Notes: generated by a model not told the origin, from the sequence alone. Positions 1-11,043 are shown, counted from the stretch's first letter. The stretch: DNA of 64,000 nucleotides from an uncultured Rickettsiales bacterium (GCA_934747265.1 CAKVGI010000006.1:10606-74605); one strand, 5' to 3'. Numbers and translations are program-made.

Positions 1-86
1 AACATCTTATTTGATAAAAACGAGACTATTGAGGAAAAAATAATGAATCAACAATTTTATTGTAATTAATAATAACAAAAAATGAA

Positions 87-1526
87 ATGCTTGATATTTT
101 TTTATATGTTGCAAAATTTTTAAATGCTATATTTTCTTTTGAAATATTTGGTTTTCCTTTGCTTATATCTTTAATAATTATTGGTACATTATACTTTTCT
201 TTTAAATTAAAATTCCCAAATGTAAAATATTTTAAACATGGAATTGATATCGCTATACATAATAAATATTATTCACCAAGCGATCCCGGTGAAATAACAC
301 CAAAACAAGCATTATTTACATCTATATCTGGTTCAATAGGATTAGGTAGTATAGCTGGTGTAGCAATTGCAATTTCAATAGGCGGTGCTGGATCTATCAT
401 ATGGATGATTATTATTGCATTTTTTAGTATGAATACCGTGTTTGCCGAAACAGTTTTATCTCAAACATACAAAAAAGTTGAAGTTGATGGAAAAATAAAT
501 GGCGGACCTTTCAGATATTTAAGGTACGGTTTAGAAGATATAGGTTATAGAAAATTTGGAACAATTTTGTCTCAATTTTTTAGTTTTATGTTAATTTTTG
601 GCTCAATTGGTAGCGGAATGTTTCAAATAAATCAAGCTATAACAACAATGACAGACTACAAAGTACTTAACAATTTTAAAGTATTTTTTGGTGTGATAAT
701 TAGTTTATTTGTTTTATATGCTTTATTTAATGGTGTAAAAATAATATCTAAAATAGTTGCAAAATTAGTACCAATGATGGCAATTTTGTATACTTTATGT
801 TCCTTAATTATAATTTCTTTTAATTATGAAAATATCATACCATCAATTATTGCAATGATAGATGGAATTTTTACTTTTAAATCGGCAACTGGCGGATTAT
901 TTGGTGCTTTAATTATTGGAACAAAGAGGTCAATTTTTTCAACCGAAGCTGGACTTGGTACCTCGTCAATTGCTCATGCTGTAGCAAAAACAAAAGAACC
1001 AGTTAGACAAGCCTCAATAGCAAGCTTAACACCTATGATAACTATGTTTTTTTGTTTATTAACAGCTTTAATCATACTTACAACAAAAGCTTATGATACA
1101 AAATCAGAAGGTGTAATAATGACAAAAGAAGCATTTTTAACTGTATCAAGTTGGTTCCCTATCTTTTTATCTATATGTATTGTATTATTTGCATTATCAA
1201 ATGTATTATCTTATTCTTTTTATGGACAATCAGCTTGGAGGAGTTTTTTTAAGAATAAGTGGACTTTAATTTTTAATATTCTTTACGCGATTACAATCGC
1301 ATTGTCAAGCGTAGCTGATTTGCAATCCATAGTTTTTATAGCTGACACTTTTGTTTTAAGTATGGCTATTCCAAATTTCATTGGATTATTCATGTTAAGC
1401 AATTTAATAAAAAGAAAAGTGGAACACTACGATGAACAATTAAAAAATGGTGATTTTGATAAAAGTAGTTTAAGCAAATTTTTTAAAAAAACTTTTACTT
1501 TTAAATTTAAAAAAAATAATCATTAA
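87..1526 (+). CDS. sodium:alanine symporter family (AGCS) transporter
   Basis: 479-aa polytopic ORF. Motifs GGAGSIIWMIIIAFFSM..FAE, GGPFRYL and STEAGLGTSSIAHAVAKTKEPVRQ resemble AGCS-family signatures. Confidence 0.8.
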   Translation: MLDIFLYVAKFLNAIFSFEIFGFPLLISLIIIGTLYFSFKLKFPNVKYFKHGIDIAIHNKYYSPSDPGEITPKQALFTSISGSIGLGSIAGVAIAISIGGAGSIIWMIIIAFFSMNTVFAETVLSQTYKKVEVDGKINGGPFRYLRYGLEDIGYRKFGTILSQFFSFMLIFGSIGSGMFQINQAITTMTDYKVLNNFKVFFGVIISLFVLYALFNGVKIISKIVAKLVPMMAILYTLCSLIIISFNYENIIPSIIAMIDGIFTFKSATGGLFGALIIGTKRSIFSTEAGLGTSSIAHAVAKTKEPVRQASIASLTPMITMFFCLLTALIILTTKAYDTKSEGVIMTKEAFLTVSSWFPIFLSICIVLFALSNVLSYSFYGQSAWRSFFKNKWTLIFNILYAITIALSSVADLQSIVFIADTFVLSMAIPNFIGLFMLSNLIKRKVEHYDEQLKNGDFDKSSLSKFFKKTFTFKFKKNNH

Positions 1527-1627
1527 TATTATATATTTCAAAAAAAACTTGAAAATAATATATTTGATTTTATTATTTTGATAAATGTGTCGCATTATTA
1601 TATTATTAAAAATTTTGTTAGTGAAAA

Positions 1628-1900
1628 ATGGCAAATATAAAATCGTCTAAAAAAGCTATTAGAGTTATAGAAAGAAAGACAGAAATTAATAAATCAAGAA
1701 GAAGTAGAATTAGAACATATTTAAGAAAATTAAATGATGTTATAGCTACTGGTGTTGTTGAAGATGCAAAAAAAGCTTTCGTTGAATTTGAATCTGAATT
1801 AATGAAAGGTGTTAAAGATGGTATTTTCAAAAAAAATACAGCAAGCAGAAAGCTTACAAGAATGGCTTCCCATATTAGAAAAATGGCTAATAAAGCTTAA
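1628..1900 (+). CDS. rpsT: 30S ribosomal protein S20
   Basis: 90-aa basic ORF starting MANIKSSKKAIRVIERKTEINKSRRSRIRTYLRK, a typical S20 N-terminus. Confidence 0.9.
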   Translation: MANIKSSKKAIRVIERKTEINKSRRSRIRTYLRKLNDVIATGVVEDAKKAFVEFESELMKGVKDGIFKKNTASRKLTRMASHIRKMANKA

Positions 1901-1908
1901 TTAATTTT

Positions 1909-1939
1909 AGCTGGTGATATATTGTATTACCAGCTTTTT
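1909..1939 (+). terminator. rho-independent terminator after rpsT
   Basis: Stem AGCTGGT...ACCAGCT followed by a T-run (TTTTT). Confidence 0.6.
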
Positions 1940-1962
1940 ATTTAAAATAATACTGTATCACT

Positions 1963-2877
1963 ATGTTTAATTTTTTAAAAAAATCTGATGATTATTATCA
2001 TTTTATGAAATTTCATAAAATATGCTTTACAATATCAATTATTGCGATAGTTATGTCAATTTTAAGTTTTTTTATTAGAGGATTGAACTTTGGCGTTGAT
2101 TTTACTGGTGGTTTGTTATTTGATATTACAGTTAAGGATAATAATGATATTGCAACTTTAAGAAACGATTTCTTAAAAAATAACATAGAAGATTTTAATA
2201 TTCAGAGTTATGGAAAAGATGGCTTTATAATTAGAATTTCAGAAAATTCTATTTCTAAAAAAGCAAATAAAAAACTAACCTCAAACGAAGAAATACAAAT
2301 AGTAAAAGATGTTATAAATACTTTCTCTAATACAGATGTTGTATATAATAAAATAGATTTTGTTGGACCACAAGTTGGTAAAGAGTTAATAATTAAAGGA
2401 TTGGTAGCGTTAATTTTATCATTTTTAGCAATGTTAATCTACATCGGAGTTAGATTTCAATGGGAATTTGGTTTTGGTGCCGTTATAGCTTTAATTCATG
2501 ATGCTATTTTAACTTTTGGTGTTTATTCTATTTTTTATATTGATTTTGATTTAACCGCCATTGCAGCTATATTAACTGTTATTGGTTATTCTGTTAATGA
2601 TAAAGTTGTTATATATGATAGAATTAGAGAATTTTTATTAAAATACAAGCATGACAGCTTAGTTGAAATAATAGATAAAAGTTTGACTACAACGCTTAGA
2701 AGAACCTTACTTACATCATCTACAACATTAGCTAGCTTATTAATTTTAGCTTTTATGGGTGGTGAGACATTAAAATATTTTAGCTTAGTTGTGATTTACG
2801 GTATTATAGTTGGTACATATTCATCTATTTTTGTTTCAACTCCATTATTAATCTACATTAAAAAAGACAAAAAGTAG
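1963..2877 (+). CDS. secF: protein translocase subunit SecF
   Basis: 304 aa. Motifs GVDFTGG and GYSVNDKVVIYDRIRE, with a six-TM layout. No adjacent secD. Confidence 0.9.
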   Translation: MFNFLKKSDDYYHFMKFHKICFTISIIAIVMSILSFFIRGLNFGVDFTGGLLFDITVKDNNDIATLRNDFLKNNIEDFNIQSYGKDGFIIRISENSISKKANKKLTSNEEIQIVKDVINTFSNTDVVYNKIDFVGPQVGKELIIKGLVALILSFLAMLIYIGVRFQWEFGFGAVIALIHDAILTFGVYSIFYIDFDLTAIAAILTVIGYSVNDKVVIYDRIREFLLKYKHDSLVEIIDKSLTTTLRRTLLTSSTTLASLLILAFMGGETLKYFSLVVIYGIIVGTYSSIFVSTPLLIYIKKDKK

Positions 2878-2943
2878 TTTAAATTTATTACTCCTTTTAG
2901 TCTCAAATATGGTTATTTTTTTACTTAATTTTAGTGTAAAAAA

Positions 2944-5250
2944 TTATCTACTAATTCCACCGTTTCCTTTGGAATTACCACTATTTGTCTGACTACTATT
3001 TATTTGACTACTCTTTATATTTTCATTATTGCTATTTTCTATATTTCTCATATCTTGAATAATATGTTGTGTTGCACGTTTTTCTTTAATAGTTTCAGTA
3101 AAAGATTTAAGTGATTGGGAAATTGTTTCTTGTATTTCTTGGTTTAAAGGATTTTCTTTTTTAAGCGAATTTTCATTATTAACTACACTGTTTTCATTTA
3201 CTTTATTATTTTCTCTTTCTTGTTTTAAATCTTTTTTGCAATTTTGTAATTCTAAATATGTTAAGCTATGTTCTCTAAAATCTTTAGCCATATCAACTTG
3301 TTGCTCTTCTGGAAATTTTTTTACTATATTCATTACAACACCCTCAAATTCTTTATCATTCATCGATTTTGTTATGGGTATTCCTTGTTTTATCATTTCT
3401 TTTTCCAATAATTGTTGGCAATCTTGACCATATCTATCTTTAAATTCCTGCGCTTCTTGCTTAAAATCTTTTTCTGCATTTTGTACTTTTGTTGATAGAT
3501 AAAATTCATATCCAATATTTTCACCATCTTTTTTTGCCCATTCATTATAATGTTTTAAGTCTCTTAAATCTTCTTGCCCTGCCCTAATATCTCCAACATT
3601 TATTCCTGCTTTTATTTTTTCATCTTGTGTTAGACTATCCCAATTTTTATTTTGGCTTTTTAGAATTTCTCTTGCTGGATATTTTATACCATTATCTCTT
3701 AATTCTTTGTATTGCGATGATAAAGTTATTGGATTTTCATAGCCCAAATTTGATAAATTATTTTCAGCATTTTTAATATTATCTATTTTCTCCTTAGTTT
3801 CTTCTTTTAAATCATTATTAATTTTATTGATATTTGTAGATATATTTTTATTTTCATCTTGTGATATTAACATATCGCTAACTCTATCTCTAACATCATT
3901 AAAAACCAAATTGCCAATTTCTGTCATTAAAGATGACTCCATAGCTATATTAGAAAGATTGAGACTTGCTGGTATATTTTGCATATCAGAATTAAGTCCT
4001 AATTTTTCAATTCTAGTATTTATATTCTCTTGCTCTTTTGAATTTATATTATTTATTTCGTTTCTTGTATTTTCTTCTTGTGGTTTCTTATCATTACTTT
4101 GAGTTTCTTGTTCTTTTTCAAATATTCTTTCTATATCTCTTTGGATACCTCTATTTTTATCAGCTTTACTCCTCTTTTGTCTTCTTTGCTGTACCAATTT
4201 TCTTTTATAACTTATACCACCAAAAACTTTTCCATTATTAATACTTATTCCTTTCTCAAAATTAGTCCCTTTACCAGATGTCAATGCATTATTTTTTATA
4301 TTACTTAATAATAAATCTGATGGTGATTTGAAAATATTACTAATTGTTCTTGTGGTTTTTGCAATAAAATTACCAATAAGTTTATTAATTTTGTTAATTG
4401 AATCTATTGGAATCATAAAACCTTTTATACAAAGATATAAAATCCCATTAATAAACAATACTGAATATAAAAGATTAGAAAATAAAAATCTTTTAAAGAA
4501 TCCGCCACTATTTTTATTAAAATTAATTCTTTTTTTAATATTTTTTGAAAAAATAATTAAAGTTTTTTCGCAACGTTTAAATAATCCCAATAAAACTTTA
4601 ATTATAATACTTATTTGCCATATAAAAAACAATACAAGTAATAAAGCAAGCCCCATCATTCCGCTTATAAGCGCCGGCAACATGATAAATAATAAAATTA
4701 AAAATTTTTCAATAATTGAAGCTTTTTTTATAAATTGAAAAGAATTAATAAAATTACCAAAACCTTTTATTGATTTTTGATATTCTTCTTTATATAAATC
4801 AGAAACCTCACGAAAAAATGGCTTTTTTTCAATTATTTCAAGCATTTGTTCTTCTTTGATTGTATTTTGCTGATTTTTTAAGTTATTAAATACTTTTTCT
4901 TTCGTTTCATCTACTTCTTCGTCTTCATCCTCTAAGCAATTTTTTCTAAATTCTTCTTCTATAAATTTTTCATCTTCTGCAAATTGTCTTTTTTCTTCTT
5001 TTTTGTTATTATCTCTTTTTTTATTAAAAAAGTCATTAATTTTAGATTGAATTTTATTTTTTAACTCCTCACTTGTTATTTTTGTTGGAGATTTTTTTAC
5101 TTCAACCAATACCTCACTTGTAATTTTTTTAACTATTTCATTTTTATCAATATTTTCCATTAAAACAACAAATAATTGCCATATATGAATATAATAATAC
5201 TTCTTAATAGAAAAACAAGTAAATATTAATTGCTTTTTTAAAAAAATCAT
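2944..5250 (-). CDS. hypothetical large charged protein with central TM segments
   Basis: 768-aa ORF. K/E/N-rich with coiled-coil-like regions and two or three hydrophobic helices around residues 180-290. No recognisable domain. An alternative start MENIDKNE lies at 5160. Plus-strand ORFs inside it are low-complexity shadows. Confidence 0.5.
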   Translation of the reverse strand: MIFLKKQLIFTCFSIKKYYYIHIWQLFVVLMENIDKNEIVKKITSEVLVEVKKSPTKITSEELKNKIQSKINDFFNKKRDNNKKEEKRQFAEDEKFIEEEFRKNCLEDEDEEVDETKEKVFNNLKNQQNTIKEEQMLEIIEKKPFFREVSDLYKEEYQKSIKGFGNFINSFQFIKKASIIEKFLILLFIMLPALISGMMGLALLLVLFFIWQISIIIKVLLGLFKRCEKTLIIFSKNIKKRINFNKNSGGFFKRFLFSNLLYSVLFINGILYLCIKGFMIPIDSINKINKLIGNFIAKTTRTISNIFKSPSDLLLSNIKNNALTSGKGTNFEKGISINNGKVFGGISYKRKLVQQRRQKRSKADKNRGIQRDIERIFEKEQETQSNDKKPQEENTRNEINNINSKEQENINTRIEKLGLNSDMQNIPASLNLSNIAMESSLMTEIGNLVFNDVRDRVSDMLISQDENKNISTNINKINNDLKEETKEKIDNIKNAENNLSNLGYENPITLSSQYKELRDNGIKYPAREILKSQNKNWDSLTQDEKIKAGINVGDIRAGQEDLRDLKHYNEWAKKDGENIGYEFYLSTKVQNAEKDFKQEAQEFKDRYGQDCQQLLEKEMIKQGIPITKSMNDKEFEGVVMNIVKKFPEEQQVDMAKDFREHSLTYLELQNCKKDLKQERENNKVNENSVVNNENSLKKENPLNQEIQETISQSLKSFTETIKEKRATQHIIQDMRNIENSNNENIKSSQINSSQTNSGNSKGNGGISR

Positions 5251-5325
5251 ATAATATTAGTCTTGATGAAATTTCACATATTTTTTATAATTGCAATTAT
5301 TTATTAATAATTAGGGATATATAAT

Positions 5326-5478
5326 ATGAAAAAATCTTTATTAGTTTTGGGCTTGTTGTTAACATTAGCAGCATGCACAGGTTCAAGAGGAACAATTGGA
5401 AACCAAAAAGTTTGCACAAATGATTATTTATTAGGTGTTCTTTCTATTAGTGAAATGGTTAGCCCATGCAATAAATAA
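5326..5478 (+). CDS. small putative lipoprotein (50 aa)
   Basis: Not in the ORF track because it is under 60 aa. MKKSLLVLGLLLTLAAC has a signal peptide and an LAAC lipobox. A hairpin terminator follows. Confidence 0.5.
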   Translation: MKKSLLVLGLLLTLAACTGSRGTIGNQKVCTNDYLLGVLSISEMVSPCNK

Positions 5479-5504
5479 TAATTGTTTCTAAGAACTTTTA
5501 TTAT

Positions 5505-5531
5505 AGAGTGAAAGTAAAAAACTTTCACTCT
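5505..5531. terminator. bidirectional hairpin between the small lipoprotein gene and dprA
   Basis: AGAGTGAAAGT-AAAAA-ACTTTCACTCT, an 11-bp perfect stem flanked by A/T runs. Confidence 0.6.
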
Positions 5532-6687
5532 ATTTTATATATACACTACCGTTTTCAACAACCAATTTACCTTCCATTTCCAACTCTATTAACTTTGAAT
5601 TTAATACATTAATTGGTATTTTTAAATCAAGACTAAAATCCTCAATACTTATTGGCGTATGATTTAATCTTGAAATAATTTTCTCATTCAAAGGTAAGTT
5701 TTCGTCATCATCACTCAATTCATTGTCATTTTGATTAAAATTATTTTCTTCTTCCTTATCATGATAAGAATTTTCTTTATCATTCAAAAAAATATCACTA
5801 TTCTTTTTAATAGAAAAATTTTCAAGCAAATATAATATATCTTCTGTATTTGTTATTGGGTTTGCGCCATCCTTTATTAATTTATTAGACCCTTCACATC
5901 TGTAATCATAAGGATTACCAGGTGCTACCATTAACTCCCTACCCTGCTCAACTGCTTGTCTTGCGGTATGCAATGTTCCAGATCTAGAACTAGCTTCAAT
6001 AACAACCACACCATCAGATAAACCCGAAACTATTCTATTTCTAGATGGAAAATTCTCAGCTTTTGGTGCTGAATTAAAAGGATTTTCAGAAATAATTAAT
6101 CCTTTATTTTTTATCTCATAATATAAATCTTCATTACCTTTTGGATATATATCATCAACACCACCCCCAAGTACAGCTATTGTTCCAGTATTTAAAGCTC
6201 CCCAATGAGATGCTGTATCTATACCACTAGCAAACCCAGAAGTAATCACATAACCAGCTTCACCTAATTCTTCCGCTATTTTCTTTGCAAAAGCTCTACC
6301 ATTTGAAGATGCATTTCTAGAACCAACTATTGATATTGAATGTTTTTTAAACAGTTCAACATTACCAATGACCGTAAGTACTGGTGGAAATGTATAAATA
6401 TTCTTCAATATTTTTGGATATAATGAATTTTTATATGTAATAATCTTTGCTCCAACAGTTGAGCAACCAACAATTTCTTTATCAATAATTTCCTTACTAG
6501 CTAAAACTATTGGATTTTTATTTTTAAATTTTTTGTTAAATTCATCTATATTTTCAATAGCATTTTCACAACTACCAAAAAAATTCAACAATTTAAAAAA
6601 GGTTGATGCTCCAACATTTTTACTTCTAATCAGCCTCAAAATATTATAATCGGTCTTTGACAACATATAAAAAATAAAAATTGACAA
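5530..6687 (-). CDS. dprA: DNA-processing protein DprA (Smf)
   Basis: IVGSRNASSNGRAFAKKIAEEL..ITSGFASGIDTASHWGAL..SRNRIVSGLS matches the DprA Rossmann-like core. Confidence 0.9.
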   Translation of the reverse strand: MSIFIFYMLSKTDYNILRLIRSKNVGASTFFKLLNFFGSCENAIENIDEFNKKFKNKNPIVLASKEIIDKEIVGCSTVGAKIITYKNSLYPKILKNIYTFPPVLTVIGNVELFKKHSISIVGSRNASSNGRAFAKKIAEELGEAGYVITSGFASGIDTASHWGALNTGTIAVLGGGVDDIYPKGNEDLYYEIKNKGLIISENPFNSAPKAENFPSRNRIVSGLSDGVVVIEASSRSGTLHTARQAVEQGRELMVAPGNPYDYRCEGSNKLIKDGANPITNTEDILYLLENFSIKKNSDIFLNDKENSYHDKEEENNFNQNDNELSDDDENLPLNEKIISRLNHTPISIEDFSLDLKIPINVLNSKLIELEMEGKLVVENGSVYIK

Positions 6688-6875
6688 ACATTATATTATT
6701 GCAACAATTATAAAAAACAACAAAAAGGTTAAATTATAATTTTATTCAACCAAGAATATATATTTATTTTGTATAAAAAAATATACAACTTATGATATAT
6801 AAATATTGAATAAACCCTTGATTATTTAATTTTTAAAAATACAATTTTAAGTATGTATAATAATTTTTATAAAAT

Positions 6876-7478
6876 ATGTCAGTTTTGGTTGGAAAAATGG
6901 CGCCAGATTTTACAGCATCAGCCGTAATGCCAGATAATACAATTAACGATAAATTTAATTTTACCACATATACAAAAGGTAAAGTTGGAATATTATTTTT
7001 CTGGCCAGCCGATTTTTCTTTTGTATGTCCATCAGAAATAATAGCCTTTAATAATAAATTAGAAGATTTTGAAGCTCTTGGTGCAACATTGGTTGGATGC
7101 TCCGTTGACAGCAAATTTGTTCATTTAGCTTGGAAAAATATTCCGCAAGACAAAGGCGGTATTGGAAAAATAAATTTTCCATTAGTAGCAGATGTTGGTG
7201 GCGAAATAGCCAAAAAATACGATGTTTTAACAGAAGGCAATATAGCTTTAAGAGGCACGTTTTTGATTGATCAAGCTGGCAAAGTTGTACATCAAATTGT
7301 TAATGACTTGCCGTTAGGTAGAAATATTGAAGAAGTTATGAGAATAACTAATGCTTTACTATTTACACAAAAAAATGGTGAAGTTTGTCCCGCTAATTGG
7401 CACAAAGGACAAGAAGGAATGAAAGCAAATTCAGAAAGCGTTGTTGAATATTTAGCAAAATACGGAAACAATCTATAA
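6876..7478 (+). CDS. ahpC: 2-Cys peroxiredoxin (AhpC/Tsa family)
   Basis: FFWPADFSFVCPSEI carries the peroxidatic Cys and EVCPANW the resolving Cys. Confidence 0.9.
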   Translation: MSVLVGKMAPDFTASAVMPDNTINDKFNFTTYTKGKVGILFFWPADFSFVCPSEIIAFNNKLEDFEALGATLVGCSVDSKFVHLAWKNIPQDKGGIGKINFPLVADVGGEIAKKYDVLTEGNIALRGTFLIDQAGKVVHQIVNDLPLGRNIEEVMRITNALLFTQKNGEVCPANWHKGQEGMKANSESVVEYLAKYGNNL

Positions 7479-7585
7479 ATATAAAATGTAGTATTTAACA
7501 AACTACGGAATTAGTGAACAACAATAAATTAGCATATTTAGCAACAGCTCAACTTTATTAATTGTTCACTAACTTAGTATAATTT

Positions 7586-9511
7586 TTACATTAATTTCAA
7601 TAAAGTATTTAATCTTTTTGCGAACTCACCCGGATTAGCCACCGGCTCACCTTCCAAGATGCAAGCTTCATCAAATAATATTTCAACCAACTCTTTCATT
7701 TTTGCGATTTGCTCTGGTTTTGCTATATTTTCTTGAATTTCTTTTATGATTGGATGTTTTATATTTATTTCTATATTTTTCAACATACCTTTTTGTATCT
7801 GATTTTGATCCAACAAATATCTTTCAAGTCTAATATCCATAGCCTTTTTATCCGCAACCAAACATACTGGACTAGATGTTAATTTTTTTGAAATTTTTAC
7901 ATCATTGATTTTATTTTTTAGAGTATCTTTAATAAAGGTTATTAAACCATCGTATTTACTATTTGTAATATCTTTTGGTAATTTTTTCTCTTCATTTTTT
8001 TCATCATCAAACTTTATTTCATCATCACTATTATTTGTATCATTATCCTCGTTTTCATTAAGGTTTTCAATGTCAATATCACCTTTTGTAATTGATTTCA
8101 ATTCTTTGCCTTTATATTCATTTTGAACTGTTACCCAAAAATTATCAACAGTATCAATTAAATAAAGAACTTCAATACCTTTATCTTTAAAACCTTCCAT
8201 TTGAGGAGAATTTTCAAGAGCTTGAACAGAATCGCCAGTAATATAGAATATATTTTCTTGTTTTGGCAACATTCTATCAATATATTCACTTAAAGTTGTT
8301 AATTTGTCTGGTGATTTACTTGAATAAAACTTGCATATGCTTAATATTTCCGTATTATAAATACTTCCTTCACATAAACCTTCTTTTATAACTGGTCCAA
8401 AATTTTCCCAAAATTTTTTGTACTCCTCTGGATCACTATTCATTTTTTTCTCTAACTCACTCAAAATTCTTTTTGTTAAGGATTTTTTTATTTTTTCAAC
8501 CAAATTATTATATTGTAAACTTTCTCTATTAATATTTAAAGGTAAATCTTCGGAATCGACTATACCTCTTGCAAATCTTAAAAAAGGAGGCAATAATTGT
8601 ACTGCGTCATCAGTAATAAATACTCTTTTAACATATAACTTAATTCTAGATTCTCTTTCCGGTAAGTATAAATCCATAGGTTTTCTATCTGGTATAAAAA
8701 TTAAATTTGTAAATTCAACTATACCTTCTGCTTTATTGTGTAAAATCAAAAATGGTTCACCAGGCATATGAGAAACATGAGTATAAAATTCTTGATATTG
8801 TTCCTTTGTAATTTCATTTTTAGGTCTAGTCCATAAAGCGGAACCCTTATTCATAACCTTAAAATGACCATCATCCATTTGTAATTCAACCGGAACATTA
8901 ATATGATCCGAATATAATTTTATTATATTTCCCAAATATATTTTATCCAAAAAATCATCTTGATCTTTTTTCAAATATAAAATAACCCTTGTACCTCTTG
9001 GATATTCCTCGTTTACTTCTTCAACTGTATAGCTTCCATCACCATCAGAAATCCATTTATTAACTTTTTTCTTGCCAGCTTTTCTTGAAATAACTTCAAC
9101 TTTATCTGCAATCATAAAGGCAGAATAAAAACCAACACCAAACTGACCAATTAATTGCACATTTTTAGCATCATCGTTTCCTAATTTTTTAAGAAAAGTT
9201 TCTGTTCCTGATTTTGCTATTGTTCCTAATTGAGAGATTAACTCTGCCCTGTCCATACCAATACCATTATCAATAATTGAAATTGTTCTCTTTTCTTTAT
9301 CTATTTCAATTTTAATTTTTAATTCTTTATCGTCGCCCAAAAGACTGTCATCCTGTATCGCTTTATATCTCAATTTATCACAAGCATCAGATGCATTTGA
9401 TATAAGTTCTCTAACTGCAACGTCTTTATTTGTATACAATGAATGTATCATTAATTTTAAAATTTTTTTTATTTCAACACCAAACTCAAATTTTTCTTTA
9501 TTTTCTGACAT
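7586..9511 (-). CDS. htpG: molecular chaperone HtpG (Hsp90)
   Basis: ELISNASDACDKLRY, IGQFGVGFYSAFM and LNINRESLQ motifs; 641 aa. Confidence 0.95.
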   Translation of the reverse strand: MSENKEKFEFGVEIKKILKLMIHSLYTNKDVAVRELISNASDACDKLRYKAIQDDSLLGDDKELKIKIEIDKEKRTISIIDNGIGMDRAELISQLGTIAKSGTETFLKKLGNDDAKNVQLIGQFGVGFYSAFMIADKVEVISRKAGKKKVNKWISDGDGSYTVEEVNEEYPRGTRVILYLKKDQDDFLDKIYLGNIIKLYSDHINVPVELQMDDGHFKVMNKGSALWTRPKNEITKEQYQEFYTHVSHMPGEPFLILHNKAEGIVEFTNLIFIPDRKPMDLYLPERESRIKLYVKRVFITDDAVQLLPPFLRFARGIVDSEDLPLNINRESLQYNNLVEKIKKSLTKRILSELEKKMNSDPEEYKKFWENFGPVIKEGLCEGSIYNTEILSICKFYSSKSPDKLTTLSEYIDRMLPKQENIFYITGDSVQALENSPQMEGFKDKGIEVLYLIDTVDNFWVTVQNEYKGKELKSITKGDIDIENLNENEDNDTNNSDDEIKFDDEKNEEKKLPKDITNSKYDGLITFIKDTLKNKINDVKISKKLTSSPVCLVADKKAMDIRLERYLLDQNQIQKGMLKNIEINIKHPIIKEIQENIAKPEQIAKMKELVEILFDEACILEGEPVANPGEFAKRLNTLLKLM

Positions 9512-9641
9512 TTTAATTGGATTTTTTACACATATTTTATATATAGATATTTTTTATAGAAAAACAAGATAACAATATATTTTTCTTGATATTATAATTA
9601 AGTTATTTTTAAATTATTTCTAGTAAATTAATTTTAATAAA

Positions 9642-10934
9642 ATGAAAAAAGTATATTCAAAAAGCTTTGGTTGCCAGATGAATGTTTACGATTCATCTAG
9701 AATGGTTGATATAATGAAAAATGAAGGCTATGAAGAAACAGATAAAATTGAAGACGCTGATTTAATAATTGTAAATACATGTAGTATCAGAGAAAAAGCA
9801 AAAGAAAAACTTTTTTCGGAATTGGGTAGAATGAATTTGATTAGAAAACCTAATTCTATTATTGTTGTTGCTGGTTGCGTAGCTCAAAGTGCTAGTGAAG
9901 AAATTAAAAAAAGGATGAAGATGGTTGACATTGTTGTAGGACCATCCAGCTATCATAAATTGCCAGAATTAGTAAAGTCAAATGGTGGTGTTAAACTTGA
10001 TTTTTTAGCAGAAGAAAAATTCGCAACATTACCGCAAAATAGAGGTGTAAAAGGTGTTAGTGAAATGATAGCAGTTCAAGAAGGTTGCGATAAATTTTGT
10101 TCTTACTGTATTGTTCCATTTACAAGGGGTAGAGAATATTCAAGGGATTTTAATCAAATAATAAATGAAGCAAAAGTTTTGAGTGATGAAGGTGTAAAAG
10201 AGATTACACTTTTAGGACAAAATGTTGACAATTATCATTTTGATGGAAAAGATTTAGCTGATTTAATATATGAAGTATCAAAAATTGATGGTATAGAAAG
10301 AATTAGATATATGACAAGCTATCCAAGTCAAGTAAATCAAGCTTTAATTGATGCACATAGAGATATAGCTAAATTGATGCCGTTTATTCATTTACCTATT
10401 CAAAGCGGTTCAAATAAAATATTGAAGGCTATGAATAGGAAATATACCGCAGAACAATATTTGGATGTTGTTGACAAATTAAGAAAATCAAGACCAGATA
10501 TTGCAATATCAAGTGATTTTATAGTTGGTTTTGCTGGTGAAACCGATAAAGATTTTGAAGAAACACTTGAAATATGTAAAAAAGTAAACTATGCAACAGC
10601 TTTTTCTTTTAAATATAGTATTAGACCCGGTACAGCTGGTGAAAAAATGCCAAACCAGATACCAGAAGAAATCAAGGCTCAAAGACTTGATATTTTACAA
10701 GATTTATTGGAAAAACAGCAGGCGGACTTTAATAAAAATAAAAACGGACAGGAACTTGATGTTTTAGTTGAAAGTCTTTCTGATAGAAATGATGGAACAT
10801 ATTTTGGACGAAGTCCATATTTGCAAACTGTTTTGATAAATACAGATAAACAAGATTTAATTGGAAAGATTATTAAGGTAAAAATCAATAAAGCAAATAT
10901 GAAATTATTAGAAGGAGAACTTATTAAAATATAA
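9642..10934 (+). CDS. miaB: tRNA-i6A37 methylthiotransferase MiaB
   Basis: N-terminal GCQMNVYDS, radical-SAM CDKFCSYCIVPFTRG, and a C-terminal TRAM-like region. Confidence 0.9.
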   Translation: MKKVYSKSFGCQMNVYDSSRMVDIMKNEGYEETDKIEDADLIIVNTCSIREKAKEKLFSELGRMNLIRKPNSIIVVAGCVAQSASEEIKKRMKMVDIVVGPSSYHKLPELVKSNGGVKLDFLAEEKFATLPQNRGVKGVSEMIAVQEGCDKFCSYCIVPFTRGREYSRDFNQIINEAKVLSDEGVKEITLLGQNVDNYHFDGKDLADLIYEVSKIDGIERIRYMTSYPSQVNQALIDAHRDIAKLMPFIHLPIQSGSNKILKAMNRKYTAEQYLDVVDKLRKSRPDIAISSDFIVGFAGETDKDFEETLEICKKVNYATAFSFKYSIRPGTAGEKMPNQIPEEIKAQRLDILQDLLEKQQADFNKNKNGQELDVLVESLSDRNDGTYFGRSPYLQTVLINTDKQDLIGKIIKVKINKANMKLLEGELIKI

Positions 10935-11043
10935 TTAGTTTTATTTTTTATTTCGCTAATTTCATAATTTGAATAATAAACTTTTTATTGAATTATATTT
11001 TTTTATTTATATTCTTATATTAATAAGAAAAATATTTATCATA

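Noticed and set aside
3236-4738. Plus-strand ORFs (3236-3427, 3827-4102, 4038-4241, 4078-4308, 4328-4738) opposite the 768-aa gene.
   Set aside because: They are short, hydrophobic, low-complexity shadows of a K/E/N-rich gene and are mutually overlapping.
7489-7572. Long-range inverted repeat TTAGTGAACAA...TTGTTCACTAA between ahpC and htpG, considered as a structured RNA.
   Set aside because: It is most simply a shared or bidirectional terminator region for the two convergent genes. The ~40-nt loop and lack of other conserved features give no basis for an ncRNA call.
10969-11043. N-terminal extensions from TTG starts in the ORF track (10969 metG, 21675 ftsK, 34088 ruvA, 46937 paralog 2, 59744 greA).
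   Set aside because: Conserved protein N-termini begin at the downstream ATG. The extensions are hydrophobic or low-complexity, and at 46937 the TTG is the -35 box of a duplicated promoter.
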